Shown: positions 1 through 12,320, numbered from the whole stretch's first letter. The stretch: DNA of 62,210 nucleotides, filler included, from Asterionella formosa (GCA_002256025.1; 26 parts of 26 records of this genome joined end to end with filler, not necessarily neighbours in it), one strand, 5' to 3'. Numbers and translations are program-made. Notes: generated by a model from the sequence alone, not told the origin.

Positions 1-1180
1 ACATTTTCTCCACAGTGGCGTCAATTGGAAAAGATGAAGACCCTCCTGAATACTGGGACGATTTGTGTCTAGAAAATACAACCTACATACCGAACAATTC
101 AAACACTAACACACCAATGCATCTTCAAGACGATTGGCTCACTTCAGATGAACAAGCACAAAAACAGAGGGAGCTGCATCGACAACAGCGGATTTGTGCC
201 ACATTTTCCCCTCCACACTCCATTATGGCAGCCTTGCTTACCACCTGAAGGACCATCAACACCAGCAGAAGATATCGGAATTTTAGAGGGAACATCTGCT
301 CCAATACCTCCTCCTAAAATACCTGTTCAACTCGGCACTGACAGTGCCTACACAAAACACATACCAGATTCTATTGCAATTAATCTTATTGCAAGTTCAC
401 CCCACTCTTCACCACCAGTGCCAGCAGTTCGACGATCTGAAAGAACAAATAAGGGTCAGTATAATTGTACAAAATATATTAACGAAGTATATTTGACCAT
501 GCTGGATCAAACCAAGCATGACAATTTCTACAAGAAACAGCTGGCATATTCGACAGAATTACTTACCTGTTTTGACACAGGTGTTCACAACATTAATGAC
601 CCTCGAGTGTATGCAGCCAAAACACGCCGCAAAGATGACCCTGATTCTCCAACGTTTCATCAGGCTATTCATGGCAAAAATTCAGAAAAGTACACAAAAG
701 CCATGCAAATAGAGATTGCAACACTCATTCTCCAACGTACCTGGGAACTGCAAACCTCCACGTATTAAAAGGTACATGGGTATTCAAACTGAAACGGCTC
801 CCGGACGGCACACCTTATCGCTTCAAAGCACGCTTTTGTGCACGAGGAGATCACCAAAAGGAGGGCATCGACTTCTTCGAGACCTATGCACCTGTTGTCC
901 TTTGGTCTACCATCCGCTTGCCATTGTTAACTGTTCTCACTGAGGGCTGGTCAACCCGTCAAGTCGACTACACCAATGCATTTGCTCAAGCCGATCTCAA
1001 AGAAGAAGTATATCTGGAATACCCTTGCATGTTTGGACCCAAGTCCGGCACTAATAAAGTGTTGAAACTGATAAAAAGTCTGTATGGACTTCGTCAAGCT
1101 CCTCGCACCTTCCTCTTTGAGAAACTTCGGGAGGGACTTTTGGAACATGGGTACACTCAATCTCAAATATGGGTTGGTGA
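1..1180 (+). mobile_element. Ty1/copia (CoDi-type) pol fragment, frameshifted and internally deleted
   Basis: Copia RT motifs in shifted frames: GTWVFKLKR..G...FKARFCARG, QVDYTNAFAQA, LIKSLYGLRQAPR. Near-identical to the reverse complement of about 34305-35465. After ...YTQSQI the sequence jumps to ATG GGT TGG TGA (MGW*). Confidence 0.9.
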
Positions 1181-1198
1181 CCCCGACTCTTTTTGGTT

Positions 1199-1472
1199 GA
1201 GAGGGAGAGTAACGAGAGTATGAGTGATGTAGTATGTACATATGATTATTATTTCATTGCCGGTTATAGGACCGTTACCATGGAATATCATAAGATGATG
1301 TCAGGATATTTGGTTTTGAATCACATATACTGCCATCATTAACTGTACTGCCATCACTTCCGGCATATATAATATATAGCTCACAAAATCTAATAAATAC
1401 TTTAGGAATTAGTCGTCATTACAAATCTTCCGCTTCTACAAGTTCTTAGAACAACCTCAAGAGTCTACTTCA
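1199..1472 (+). mobile_element. Polypurine tract and probable 3' LTR of the copia element
   Basis: GAGAGGGAG (1199-1207) follows the pol stop. An AT-rich segment with TATATAAA (~1366) then ends ...CTACTTCA (1472). The expected TG start reads AG, so both boundaries are tentative. Confidence 0.45.
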
Positions 1473-2305
1473 TCCTGTTTCATTGCAAGAGCTGTCAACA
1501 GTACTATTCATCTATAACCAGTCTTACTGGTAGCTACTGGTACCGGATCATACCAGTATGTGTTTTCCATGCAACGACTGTATATGGCCACATTAAAAAA
1601 TTTCTTATTGTTTTATGTTGCAATTGTGTAGAATGCAATTGCTTATTGATTTGTACTATATAACAGTGTGGATGGTGCAGAGTTACATGTGAATTCCAAC
1701 TGCTGGTACCACAACACATGTAAATAGTGATCTGTATTTTATATGCTTGGCATACATACCACTGAGTAGTGGATATGTACTACCAGTACTTGCATGTGTG
1801 TTTGTACAGCTGCCTATGGTATGGGGTCGATGAGACAGCAACTCCATCTTGACCATGACAAAATTATGGAGTTGAATATCTTCACGAATATTGACAATGA
1901 ACAATTATTGTTTCACACGTGTATTTAGACTGACATAGACAAGATTATCGTTGAATAATAAAAAATTTTGCAACAGCATGAAACAACAAAAAGTTAAAAT
2001 CAGCACTGGAAGTTGTTTTTGGTTGTCATTTGCTCAGTTTTGAAGATATGACCAAAGTAGCAACAGTTTTGAGTCCGCGAGCCCGTGATTAGCTTGATAA
2101 CTTTGACTAGATAAGGTTTTCTATGTTTTGTAGAAATTGATGAGAAAACTTGTGCAACAGTATTCTTGGAGAGGGTAGATCATTTCAAGATGCAACATAT
2201 TCCTCTACATCAGTTTTGTAGTGAGGACTTGTTTCATGTACACACTAATTGTTGTGGTCCATATTTCTATGGAATCTTGATAAGGTCATTTGACAGTTTA
2301 CTATA

Positions 2306-2405
2306 NNNNNNNNNNNNNNNNNNNNNNNNNNNNNNNNNNNNNNNNNNNNTTAATTAATTAANNNNNNNNNNNNNNNNNNNNNNNNNNNNNNNNNNNNNNN
2401 NNNNN
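2306..2405. other. Artificial contig spacer N44-TTAATTAATTAA-N44 (first of 25)
   Basis: The same 100-nt spacer, with stops in all six frames, starts at 2306, 4711, 7114, 9516, 11917, 14318, 16718, 19118, 21516, 23912, 26307, 28703, 31098, 33492, 35886, 38280, 40674, 43074, 45470, 47861, 50253, 52645, 55033, 57425 and 59817. Contigs between spacers are all about 2.29-2.31 kb. Confidence 0.99.
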
Positions 2406-3021
2406 GATTTGCCGGTTCCACAAACAAGGCAAGCTCTGATTACAAGATTCGACAATACCAATCACCGTGGTGACCAGCAGCCGCCATTCCCTCTCCATGC
2501 ACCTCCTATTGCTGTGGTTGTTGTTACTGCACCTCCTCCTGTTGCTATTCCCTCTCCTTCTACAACTGCTACTGCCGAGGATCCACCATTCCGTGATGAA
2601 GTTTGAGACTCCGCAAGCAAGTAATTAGATGCAAAGAAGCTCGAGATTAATGTAATGCATCAGAAGAATTCTCCAACGATGATGCTGCCCCTCCAAAAGT
2701 GTAAAACGTAAAGTAATAAGAAAATAATTTTTGTAGTATTAACGGAGTAAAAATAAACACGGTTTGGGGGTAAAATATATCCATGTACAGATAGAAAAAT
2801 ATGCACTGTAAGCCACCGCTATGCAATAATCTTAGTGACTTTGGAAAAATTATTTCTGCATGGCTAGATACACTGAATCAAAACTGATTCCTTAATAGTA
2901 TAGCAGAGAGCATTGTCTAACATAAGCTTTGTACTTGCGTCAAGTTTGGATCGTTGAATTACATAAATATTTTTAGTCGAAAGATAGAGTAAAATAGCGG
3001 TGGCTTACAGTTTTTAAGTGG
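2406..3021 (+). mobile_element. 3' end of a decayed pogo/Tc1-like DDE transposon (transposase C-terminus plus terminal repeat)
   Basis: PVPQTRQALITRF..TNHRGDQQ matches the C-terminus encoded at 47098-47808. There is a perfect 18-bp inverted repeat at 2805-2822/2994-3011. The end ...CAGTTTTTAAGTGG|TA matches 46454-46469 (reverse) and 51290-51319. Confidence 0.65.
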
Positions 3022-3546
3022 TACCTGGTACCGTTTCTCTTGGACTTGGAGACCTCCTCCGAATTTTAGATGCTTTGATTTGCCTGGAAGGTCCGGTAAT
3101 CAGCGCACATCGCGTGCAGGTTGCTTGTTTTCTGTTCATCGATTCACGTTCAAGAAAAAGGAAGGGGTATACCCCAAAAATTGTCGAACCCCAAAATTTT
3201 GCGCCACTCCGATATCCTTTTAAGGTTCTGCATTTGAACCCCTAGGCAAAAATTAAAATATTGCTTAGGGTTGCCGAAATTCCCTGTTACTACGCATGAG
3301 AGCATACTGGTCGATACTGCTAATTCATTTATTCGCCTGAAATATTGAACAATCTTGACCATCTCTTTTTGAGGTTACTTGGTTTTCTTTGTAGGTTTTC
3401 CAGATGTGAAGACATATTCCCACGTGATGGAATTCCGAACAGTTATAGCAATGACCGAAGGGCTAACGTAGCGGTACCAAGTACCTGCAAATAACAAAAG
3501 ATTTACCTTTCTTTATCCCAGATTAGTAAATTGTTTGTTTACCCAA

Positions 3547-3992
3547 GTGTCGTTTAATGTCGCTCGTGTTTGTAATTCTTGATTCCTGTCCATCATAGTA
3601 CTCGCAATAATAAAATTCTATAAAAACTGATGTCGTTGAGTTCTACATGAACGCTCGAAATTGCTTTATTTTCAGTCATCACCATGATGCCGGAACTTTT
3701 GTCCATCATAAAATGTTTGTATACGTGCCCTGGGTTATTTTCACTATCGAAGTAATAAATATGGTCATGAAAGGGCTTATGTGTATATGATATGGAACAA
3801 TATTGTTAATCACACATATCATCTACCGATATTTATCAATATAGCATATCGGAGTATAAACAAATATAGAATGCAGAATGGATCTTGTATGAAAACGTTC
3901 CATGACTGATCAGGACATTTTGAGAAATTACGAGCTATGAATTACACTTTTTATCCAGTGTACTGGAACACCGGTATCAGTACAACAGGTAT
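3547..3992. repeat. Interspersed non-coding repeat (putative non-autonomous DNA transposon), second copy inverted at ~32418-32866
   Basis: Shared blocks include TTTTCAGTCATCACCATGATGCCGGAACTTTTGTCC, TGATGTCGTTGAGTTCTACATGAA and CACATATCATCTACCGATATTTATCAAT. Confidence 0.8.
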
Positions 3993-4810
3993 GTTTATTG
4001 GAAAAATACCGGTGGTACTCCACTGACAAAATCTAGGATGATTTGAGTTAGGGTTAACAGCATTCCATCAATGTACATGTCATCAATATTATACAGAGAA
4101 AGACTATTTCCGGTGAAGAAATATTTGAACTAATGTTAATGAAGACGAACATACATTGAATAAGATGGGATGGAATATTTGGAAAGTTAAATGTTCTATG
4201 TAATGAACTATTCACAGGCATATTATCACCATTGGAGCTGCCGACAATGTAAGTAAAACAATATTCTATATATGTTATGAAGTAAAAGAATGATTGAATG
4301 ATCAGGAACAGATCATTATCATTACTTGGTTATCTGTATGAAAGTTTGGACAAAAGATCCAAGATCCAACTGATCTGAAATAAGTGGAGTTGAATCAATT
4401 GTAAATCGATTTCTAGTTTTATACGGAGCTGCGACAGAAAATAATAGGGAAAAACATAGTACCACCATAACCGTAGGTGCTACTTAAAGGTGCTGATAAA
4501 AGATGTAGACGTACTACCTGGTACTGGTAGTAACTCGTCAGCCTGGCTAATTATCGCGTCAGTTAAATTCATAAAAGCAATATTATGATAACTACCGGGT
4601 AGGTATGCCAGAACATATGGTGTTCTGTTGCTCGCTTATTACTCCGACTATTGGTTTTTAGTTTTACGATCATACAATCCTAGAACTATGATGATTTATT
4701 GTCCCACGGTNNNNNNNNNNNNNNNNNNNNNNNNNNNNNNNNNNNNNNNNNNNNTTAATTAATTAANNNNNNNNNNNNNNNNNNNNNNNNNNNNNNNNNN
4801 NNNNNNNNNN

Positions 4811-5052
4811 AGTATTTCAAATAATTATGTGAAGTATTTCAAATAATTATGTGAAGGTGATCACATAATATAGTGATGATCAGGAATGCATGCATGATAC
4901 TTTGATCAAATATTTAACGTGATGTATTCAGATAATATATAGACATGTTCAACTACGTATTTTGATGTATTCAACTAATTCATGTGATGCATTCAAAATC
5001 AACTAGGCTTATTTACGTGATGGTCACTTCACGTAATACGCGGCTTAGATGT
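4811..5052. repeat. End of a repeat family with 22-bp GTGAAGTATTTCAAATAATTA(T/C) units
   Basis: Same units at ~17420-17575. The motif CGCGGCTTAGATG (~5039-5051) is the reverse complement of CATCTAAGCCGCG at 17578-17590. Confidence 0.7.
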
Positions 5053-6027
5053 TATGTACCGATATTTGTTTAATAGAAAGAGACAACGGCCAATATAGAT
5101 ATTTGATTTATCATTTGTAAAACCACAAAATAAATTATCTCATTCAATTCGATTTAACACAGCTATACATCCAATGCTACTTTCACTAAGGCCAGCCACT
5201 TGCTAGAGATATGACTGTTTACTATTTGAAGTATCTCGGAAATACCTCTCATTTTCGACTGACTACAACGATTCGATGAACACTAAAATAGTACCGGTAT
5301 GCGACTCCTTTTTATATGGAACTACGGGTGCCAGTATATATAAAACATATCTACCAACGTTTCTTTTGATTTGATTTGTTAACCGAATTTCATTTGATAA
5401 AATAATCATTGTAGACAAATTGTAGCCTTTCCGAAAAAAAATTGCTTTGGTTGCAGCTCTTATTTTCTACTCAGGCCGACTACAATGACATGATCATCAG
5501 ATGAACGCGAATACATGCAACAGCTGTTTCTGTGTAAAAAAATTCGCATATTCGATAACGATTCACCATGTTCGTCAGATTTTCGGGAGGTCTGCATTGC
5601 TCGCCAAAAAGTATACTGACAAAGCATAGACTGCGCGCCAGCTTTTTGTTATGTAGAATGTACACATGGCTAGTACAAAGCAAAGGTATAGGAGGAGGAC
5701 CGTCCACGCCAGGTTTCTTTTAATGGAAAACAGCTACTGGCTAGAACGTGGTGAAGAAACAAATTATCACTTTCCTGGTAAAATGCATTATGCATTGTGG
5801 TTGTTTTTATTGCTGTCGTTGTCATTGACGTTGTCGCTATCTGTTGTTTCTGCTGTTATCCCTTTGGATCTAATTGTTTGAAACAAGGAGCTGGCTGGTG
5901 GTGCATTCTGGTTACTGTGGCTGTATACCCTTCTCTTGATTGTTCTTTGCCCTCCGTTTGAACTGAATATGCATTGTTTGTTAAGAAATACAAAAAGGTC
6001 TTGTGTGAGTTTAAACAGCTACTATGA

Positions 6028-7033
6028 TCTTACTCTGTGAATCATGTTCTTCACTTCCAGAAAAGCAACGAGGACTCTGTTGCGGGCCGGTTCTGGAAGA
6101 AACAGACAGGCAATTATTTTGTTATTCCTTGTCAGTAGTACAGAAAGGATGCATCTGAAAGTTCGAGAAATATATGGTAAGCAGTTAATATTTTGGAAAA
6201 TGGAGACAGGTCATGTGTTAGATTGTTGTTGTTCTTCCTCTTGTTGCTCTGCATCATCGTGTTCTTCGACTTGTGCTCTGAACTATGTTTGATTGTTGTT
6301 GTAGTTCCTCTACCTCAATTTCGTTCTTCCTCTTTCTTGTTCCGTTTGGAATTGGAACAGTGGTCAAGTCATGAACTTACTCTGTGAACCTTGTTCTTTT
6401 CCTACGGACAATCAAAATGTTTTTGGCAGGGCAGGGTTGAACCTTGGGAAGAATGAAATGTGTCGTGCTCTGTGTCAGGCAGGCTATCAATCATTTGTTT
6501 TTCGCATTGCCGAAGCGATTCCTCTGGTGCAAAGGGGACAATAATATACATGGTAAGCAAGTGCAATGTTTTCTTGCCTTTTGTTGCTTGATACTGTTTG
6601 CTGTTGCTTGTTGTGGGCGGATCTCCTCTCCTATTCTCCTTCGTCTTTGTTCGGAATTGTTAGCGCATGAATTGCTATTTGTAATGAATTATAAAAAGAG
6701 CTTGATTGTGTGCTTGTTACTTGCTTGTTGATCACGAACTTACTCTGCAAACGCTGTTCTTTGTCTACAGACAATCAATCTGTTGAGCGAGAGATTTGTT
6801 GGGAATCAGGCTGCGGCATGGTAGCTAAGCACAACGAAAATGATGCCTTTGTAACGATTGTTTGTTCATGAACTCACTCTACGATTGTTGTTCACTGATT
6901 GCAGACAATCATATGATCAGGGCTGGGTTGGCCATTGGGGAACATGGTAAGGAGCACAGCAGAAACGAAATCATGGCTTCGTAACTTTTTTTTCTCATCA
7001 ACTCACTCTGCAAATGTTTCCCTCTTTCTACAA
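6028..7033 (-). other. Candidate array of five 21-nt microexons (degenerate intron-exon repeat)
   Basis: 21-nt blocks at 7007-7027, 6878-6898, 6744-6764, 6381-6401 and 6034-6054 each end (C/T)AGA followed by a GT(A/G)AG donor on the minus strand. Three have GTAG acceptors preceded by a GATTGTC motif. Confidence 0.45.
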
Positions 7034-7213
7034 AAGACAATCAATCCGAGCAATGAGAATGAGCAGCCGGCTCATTTGCTATGAATTGATCTACCGGTAG
7101 TAGTAACATGGATNNNNNNNNNNNNNNNNNNNNNNNNNNNNNNNNNNNNNNNNNNNNTTAATTAATTAANNNNNNNNNNNNNNNNNNNNNNNNNNNNNNN
7201 NNNNNNNNNNNNN

Positions 7214-7825
7214 TGACCTTGTTCACAAAGGTGCACCCACCTCGGTCCACCATGAGAATGTAAGGCGAAGGCCAGGGCAACATCCCTGTTTTGTCCGTGC
7301 CCCGAGTTGGGAACCCTCCGCGAGTGTTCACATTGGGGCTGCAAAGATCCGAGTCGGCGTAGTAAAGGTTTTGCTGAATCGATCCACCGTAAGGAGGGAC
7401 ACCGAACAGGGCTTCGCGGTGATCATATCCGCCTTGTTTCACCAATGTTTGGGGCAGCTGAAAAGGAGGGAGAGGACGATTCAATTCGTGAGTGAAAACA
7501 GAGCAAGTGCGCCATCGCTGCGAATTCGACCAAGAGCAAGTTACAACGTTTCACTCGTTGCACCTCGGATACCAGCACTTGCTGGATTCGAAGCGACCCA
7601 TGGCGATGGTGTAGTGAGCCCACAATTGGGTCATTTCATCCATGGTATCATTTGTACATGCGTCTACGACCGAAGTCGGGGCGAACAAGCACCACATCGT
7701 AATCCTGCTTGCGAACTTACGTGGATCTGGAACTTGCTGGAAATAGTGCTGGTACCAGCTTCCACGCCAGCCACTAGCATAGCAATGGCGGCAGTGGCCA
7801 CAGACACTCCGTGAAGAAAGGCCAT
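7214..7825 (-). CDS. Vacuolar sorting receptor-like protein (PA domain), 5' part; exons 7825-7721 and 7457-7214
   Basis: Signal-peptide-like MAFLHGVSVATAAIAMLVAGVEA, then a phase-0 GTAAGT...CAG intron (7720-7458), then YDHREALFGVPPYGGSI...ILMVDRGGCTFVNKV, typical of VSR/PA domains. Confidence 0.8.
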
Positions 7826-8297
7826 GGCGACAAGGGTGGTCAGAAAAGGATTCGTCTCGTTTTGGGTTACAAACTTTGGCTTTCTCGTCGGCTGCACATT
7901 ACCGGTAGGACCGGTGGGCACTTTCGTATGTACGTTCGGTACCAGGTAGTCTAGATGCATGTTCAGTACCGGTAGTCTAGTATTAATATTTTGTTTACCA
8001 GGTACAACATATCATTTCATTTAGCACAACGGTAGTACGTACATTTGTACTGGTAATTATACATTCCGATACTTATATAGTACCTGGTACGCCTCTGGAA
8101 TATAGGTGGGATATTCATACATACTGGTACATGGTGACTGGCAAAACCGTTGTTTGAATACGGTATCTAGAACTGTATACAGCGGTAAAGATATTTAATT
8201 AATTAATATACATGTATGCCTCGACCATATACGATGCGTTGTATTTCAGCATTTCATTGGGTACCTGGTGAAGTATCTAACTAGAAGTAGTAGTATT

Positions 8298-8470
8298 TGT
8301 TGAATATATGAGCTTATTAATTAATCCTTATGTATAACTCATTTCCTGAACTGACATCAAAGTATAGAATGGGTGTTAGTCGAGTTCTCTCATTATTGAA
8401 TTCCGATATATTTGACATAACCCCAACTCTATATATATCTGTATCGATGTGCAGGATTGCTCACTCTCCC
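8298..8470 (-). mobile_element. PPT and probable short 3' LTR of a gypsy element
   Basis: On the minus strand GGGAGAG (8470-8464) is followed by TGAGC at 8463. The putative LTR ends ...TTCAACA at 8298. Confidence 0.5.
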
Positions 8471-8489
8471 ACACTTGAGGGAAAACCTT

Positions 8490-9515
8490 TTACCTATGAA
8501 AAGGTTTGATACGACGAATATTAATTCGTTCGGTAATATGCATAGTGCGTTGAAAAGTAACTGTACCATTGGCATGTACTTGAATAATAGTATAAGGACC
8601 TCGTCCACGATCATCCAAAGTAGTAGGATTATCCAATAATATTAAAATCTCGTCACCCACTTTGTAATCATAAGATCGACGACGGAAATTTGCACGACGT
8701 AAACGTTCGTCAATTATCACCTGTCGACGTTGATGTATTAATTGTAAATCTGTAATCAAAGGAATATTTAATATCATATCACGTTGGAAAACCCATGCTC
8801 CTGGTGAAATACGTAATATACTATGAATAGTAGCTCGAGCTGCATATGACGCAGCTGCAAAACATGTATCCACAATATTTTGGGCTTGAAATTCATTGAT
8901 TGGAGGATGAGCCTTTAACATAACTCGTAGACTATTGCTGATAGATTGATGGAAACGTTCACAGATAGCATTTGCTTGTGGATTCTTTACTGTGGTAGTC
9001 ACATCTTTGATTCCATTCAATATTAACATGTGTAAGAAAGGAGCACCAGTAAATTCACCTCCATTGTCATGTATACAACGTTCTGGACGGGGATATCTGG
9101 CTAACCAATCATTTTCAAATTTCATTGCAATATATTCTGATGTTTTATTGATGATACGTGAAATTTCTGCTAAATTGGTGACTGTGTCAATACAAGTTAG
9201 AGCACGAAATTCAATCGTTTGAGCAGCCACTGTTATCTTCCATGGACCAATTAGATCTACTGCGACTTCTGACCATGGTAATAATAATGCATTCCTGGGT
9301 GGAAGTTCACCAAAACCAGTACCAGGTAATTTTGTACGTTGACATGCTTCACATACTCTTACAATATGTTCCACTCTTGTTTTTAATATAGGGTGATAAA
9401 AATGTGTAGCAATTGTAGCATTTAATCTTGTCATACCCACATGAGCTAACATCTGATGATACCAATTAATAATAGGATCCAATAATGATGTAGGAATAGC
9501 AATACGCCAAGTATC
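8490..9515 (-). mobile_element. Ty3/gypsy integrase (5'-truncated by contig end)
   Basis: HHCC zinc finger (H..LAH.G...CEAC), DDE core (VAVDLIGP, IHDNGGEF, NPQANAICER), GPY/F module (GPYTI) and the end NIRRIKPF. The ORF is uninterrupted. Confidence 0.95.
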
Positions 9516-9615
9516 NNNNNNNNNNNNNNNNNNNNNNNNNNNNNNNNNNNNNNNNNNNNTTAATTAATTAANNNNNNNNNNNNNNNNNNNNNNNNNNNNN
9601 NNNNNNNNNNNNNNN

Positions 9616-11916
9616 CCTTGGTGGACATTACAGTGACCATGCCAGATGGCAAGGTCCTAGACACGGACAAAGAAGGAAGCAAGTTCCAGGCGTGGAAAAC
9701 AAGTCCCTTTGATGTTGCCCGTGTCATTAGTCAGGGACTAGCAGATGCCTCGTCTGTAGCACGAGTCACGTATGCGAGCTACGTCGAAGACTACAGTCCG
9801 GCAGAAGATGGAATGGAAGGAGAAGACACCTTGGCAGCAGCCATGGCTGATGGAGGAATTGAGGGCAAATCAGATCAAAAGACTGTGCTGTGGGATATGA
9901 CTCGTCCGTTGGTGGGATCTGTATCCAAGTTGGAGCTCTTGAAGTTTGAAGACGATCAGGAGGCAAAGACTGTCTTTTGGCATTCCTCGGCTCATATGCT
10001 CGGAGAAGCCTTGGAGCACTTGTATGGATGTAAACTCACCATTGGACCTCCTTTGGCGGGTGGATTTTACTATGATTCATACATGGGAAAGGAGGCGTTT
10101 AGGGAAGAAGACTGTAAGCGCAAACATAATTGTCTCTGTCTCGCCATATTGTCTGTTAACTCACCATTATTCTCGCAATAATCACCACAGACAAACCCGT
10201 CGAGGACGAAGTCTCTAAGATAATTAAGGCAAAACAAAAGTTCGAACGCATGGTCATTACAAAGGAGGAGGGGCTGGAGTTGTTCGCTGACAATCCTTTC
10301 AAGGTGAATATATTGAAGACCAAGGTGGCCGACGGAACACGCACCACTGTGTATAAGTGCGGTGACTTAATTGATTTGTGTCGGGGACCTCACTTGCCAA
10401 ACACAGGGAAGGTAAAGGCATTCGCTGCCACTCGTCACTCTGCTACTAACTGGCTTGGAGACACCAATAACGATACACTCCAGCGAATGTACGGAATTTC
10501 CTTCCCTGACAAGAAAATGTTGAAGATTTGGCAAGAGAACCAAGAGAAGGTACGTATCAACTAATCGACCAAACCAACACCAAATGAGAGAGCAAGGACG
10601 AAACAATACGAATCTCATTCTCGGATAAATAATGACCAGACGAACTGTACACCATTCATAAATTACGGAGCTCTTCACCACATTCAACCTGCTGTTGCGC
10701 TCTATTGTACTAAATGATTTCACTGACGTGTGTATATTCAAATTTGATTACAGGCCAAGGAACGCGATCACAGACGTATTGCTCAGAAACAAGATCTCAT
10801 CATGTTTCACGAGTTGTCAGCAGGAAGCGCTTTCTGGCTACCTCACGGTGCCCGGATTTACCGAAAGTTGATCAGCTTCATCCAAGGACACTACTGGGAT
10901 CGTGGGTACGACGAAATTATCACTCCCAACGTTTACAATTTGGATCTTTGGCACCAATCTGGACACGCTATGCATTACAAGGATGCCATGTTTTGCTTTG
11001 ACGTTGAGGGACAAGAATGGGCTATGAAGCCAATGAATTGTCCTGGACATTGCCTTATGTTTGCAAACTCCATTCGCTCGTACCGCGATCTTCCTCTTAG
11101 ACTTGCCGATTTTGGTGTGCTTCATCGAAATGAGCTTTCTGGTGCTCTCTCCGGTTTGACTCGTGTGAGGCGTTTCCAACAGGATGACGCCCATATTTAC
11201 TGTCGAGATGACCAGATTGAATCAGAAGTTTTAGGTGCATTGAACTTTATGAAGGACGTCTACGACACCTTTGGTATGACCTACAAGTTGGAGCTATCTA
11301 CTCGCCCAGCTAAGGCTTTGGGAGACCATGCTTTGTGGGATCGTGCTGAAGCCGCACTTGCAACCGCAATGGACACTTTTGCTGGTGAGGGTGGATGGCG
11401 AGTTAATGCTGGAGATGGTGCTTTCTATGGACCAAAGATTGACATCAAAGTTATGGATGCTATGGATCGTATTCACCAGTGTGCTACTGTTCAACTTGAT
11501 TTTCAACTGCCGATTCGATTCAACTTGGAATACAACACTGGTTCAAAGGAGAAAGGCAAGGAGTTCGCTCGTCCTGTCATGGTTCATCGCGCAATGCTTG
11601 GCAGCGTTGAGCGCATGTTCGCTGTATTATGTGAACACTTTGGAGGAAAGTGGCCTCTTTGGTTGAGCCCTCGACAAGTCATGGTTATTCCTGTTCATGC
11701 TGAATGGGGTGACTACTGTGAAGAGGTGCGCTCGAAGCTCCACAAAGAAGGATTTTATGCTGATGTCGATTTGTCGAAGGCAACTTTTCAGAAGAAGGTT
11801 CGAAATGCTCAGATTGCCCAATATAACTTTCAGCTTGTTGTTGGTGAGGCTGAAGTCAAGAACGGTACCGTCAATGTTCGTACTCGAGACAATGTCATCG
11901 AAGGAGAGATGAAGGT
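9616..11916 (+). CDS. TARS1: Threonyl-tRNA synthetase, cytosolic type (partial); exons <9616-10113, 10191-10549, 10754->11916
   Basis: Motifs [65 protein letters not shown] introns at 10114-10190 and 10550-10753 restore one reading frame. Confidence 0.97.
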
Positions 11917-12189
11917 NNNNNNNNNNNNNNNNNNNNNNNNNNNNNNNNNNNNNNNNNNNNTTAATTAATTAANNNNNNNNNNNNNNNNNNNNNNNNNNNN
12001 NNNNNNNNNNNNNNNNACAATAATTGCGGTTGTCGATACAGAAATTATATGATCGGCCATAAAAAAATATTGTTAGTTTGCCCCAAAATTTATGTGGGTT
12101 TATAAAAAATTTAGGAAGTTGTCGAAAATATCTTAGTTCACTCCTATCATATATATTCTATGATGCATCACATTTTATATTTTATATCA

Positions 12190-12295
12190 TACCCTTAAAT
12201 TATGTATATAGCCCAATTTGTCATAGTGGGCCACCCAAAATTTTAATTTGGGTGATCATATTTGACTAGCGTTTTTTTTGTGGTGGCTGTACCAA
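12190..12295 (+). repeat. Probable DNA-transposon end TA|CCCTTAAATTAT..., second copy at 51318-51421
   Basis: Shared TACCCTTAAATTAT...TGGGCC.CCCAAA...TGGGTGATCATATTTGACTAGCGTTTTT. Homology starts at about the TA in both copies. Confidence 0.6.
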
Positions 12296-12320
12296 TAATC
12301 GGCGTTGTAGATGTAAGTGA

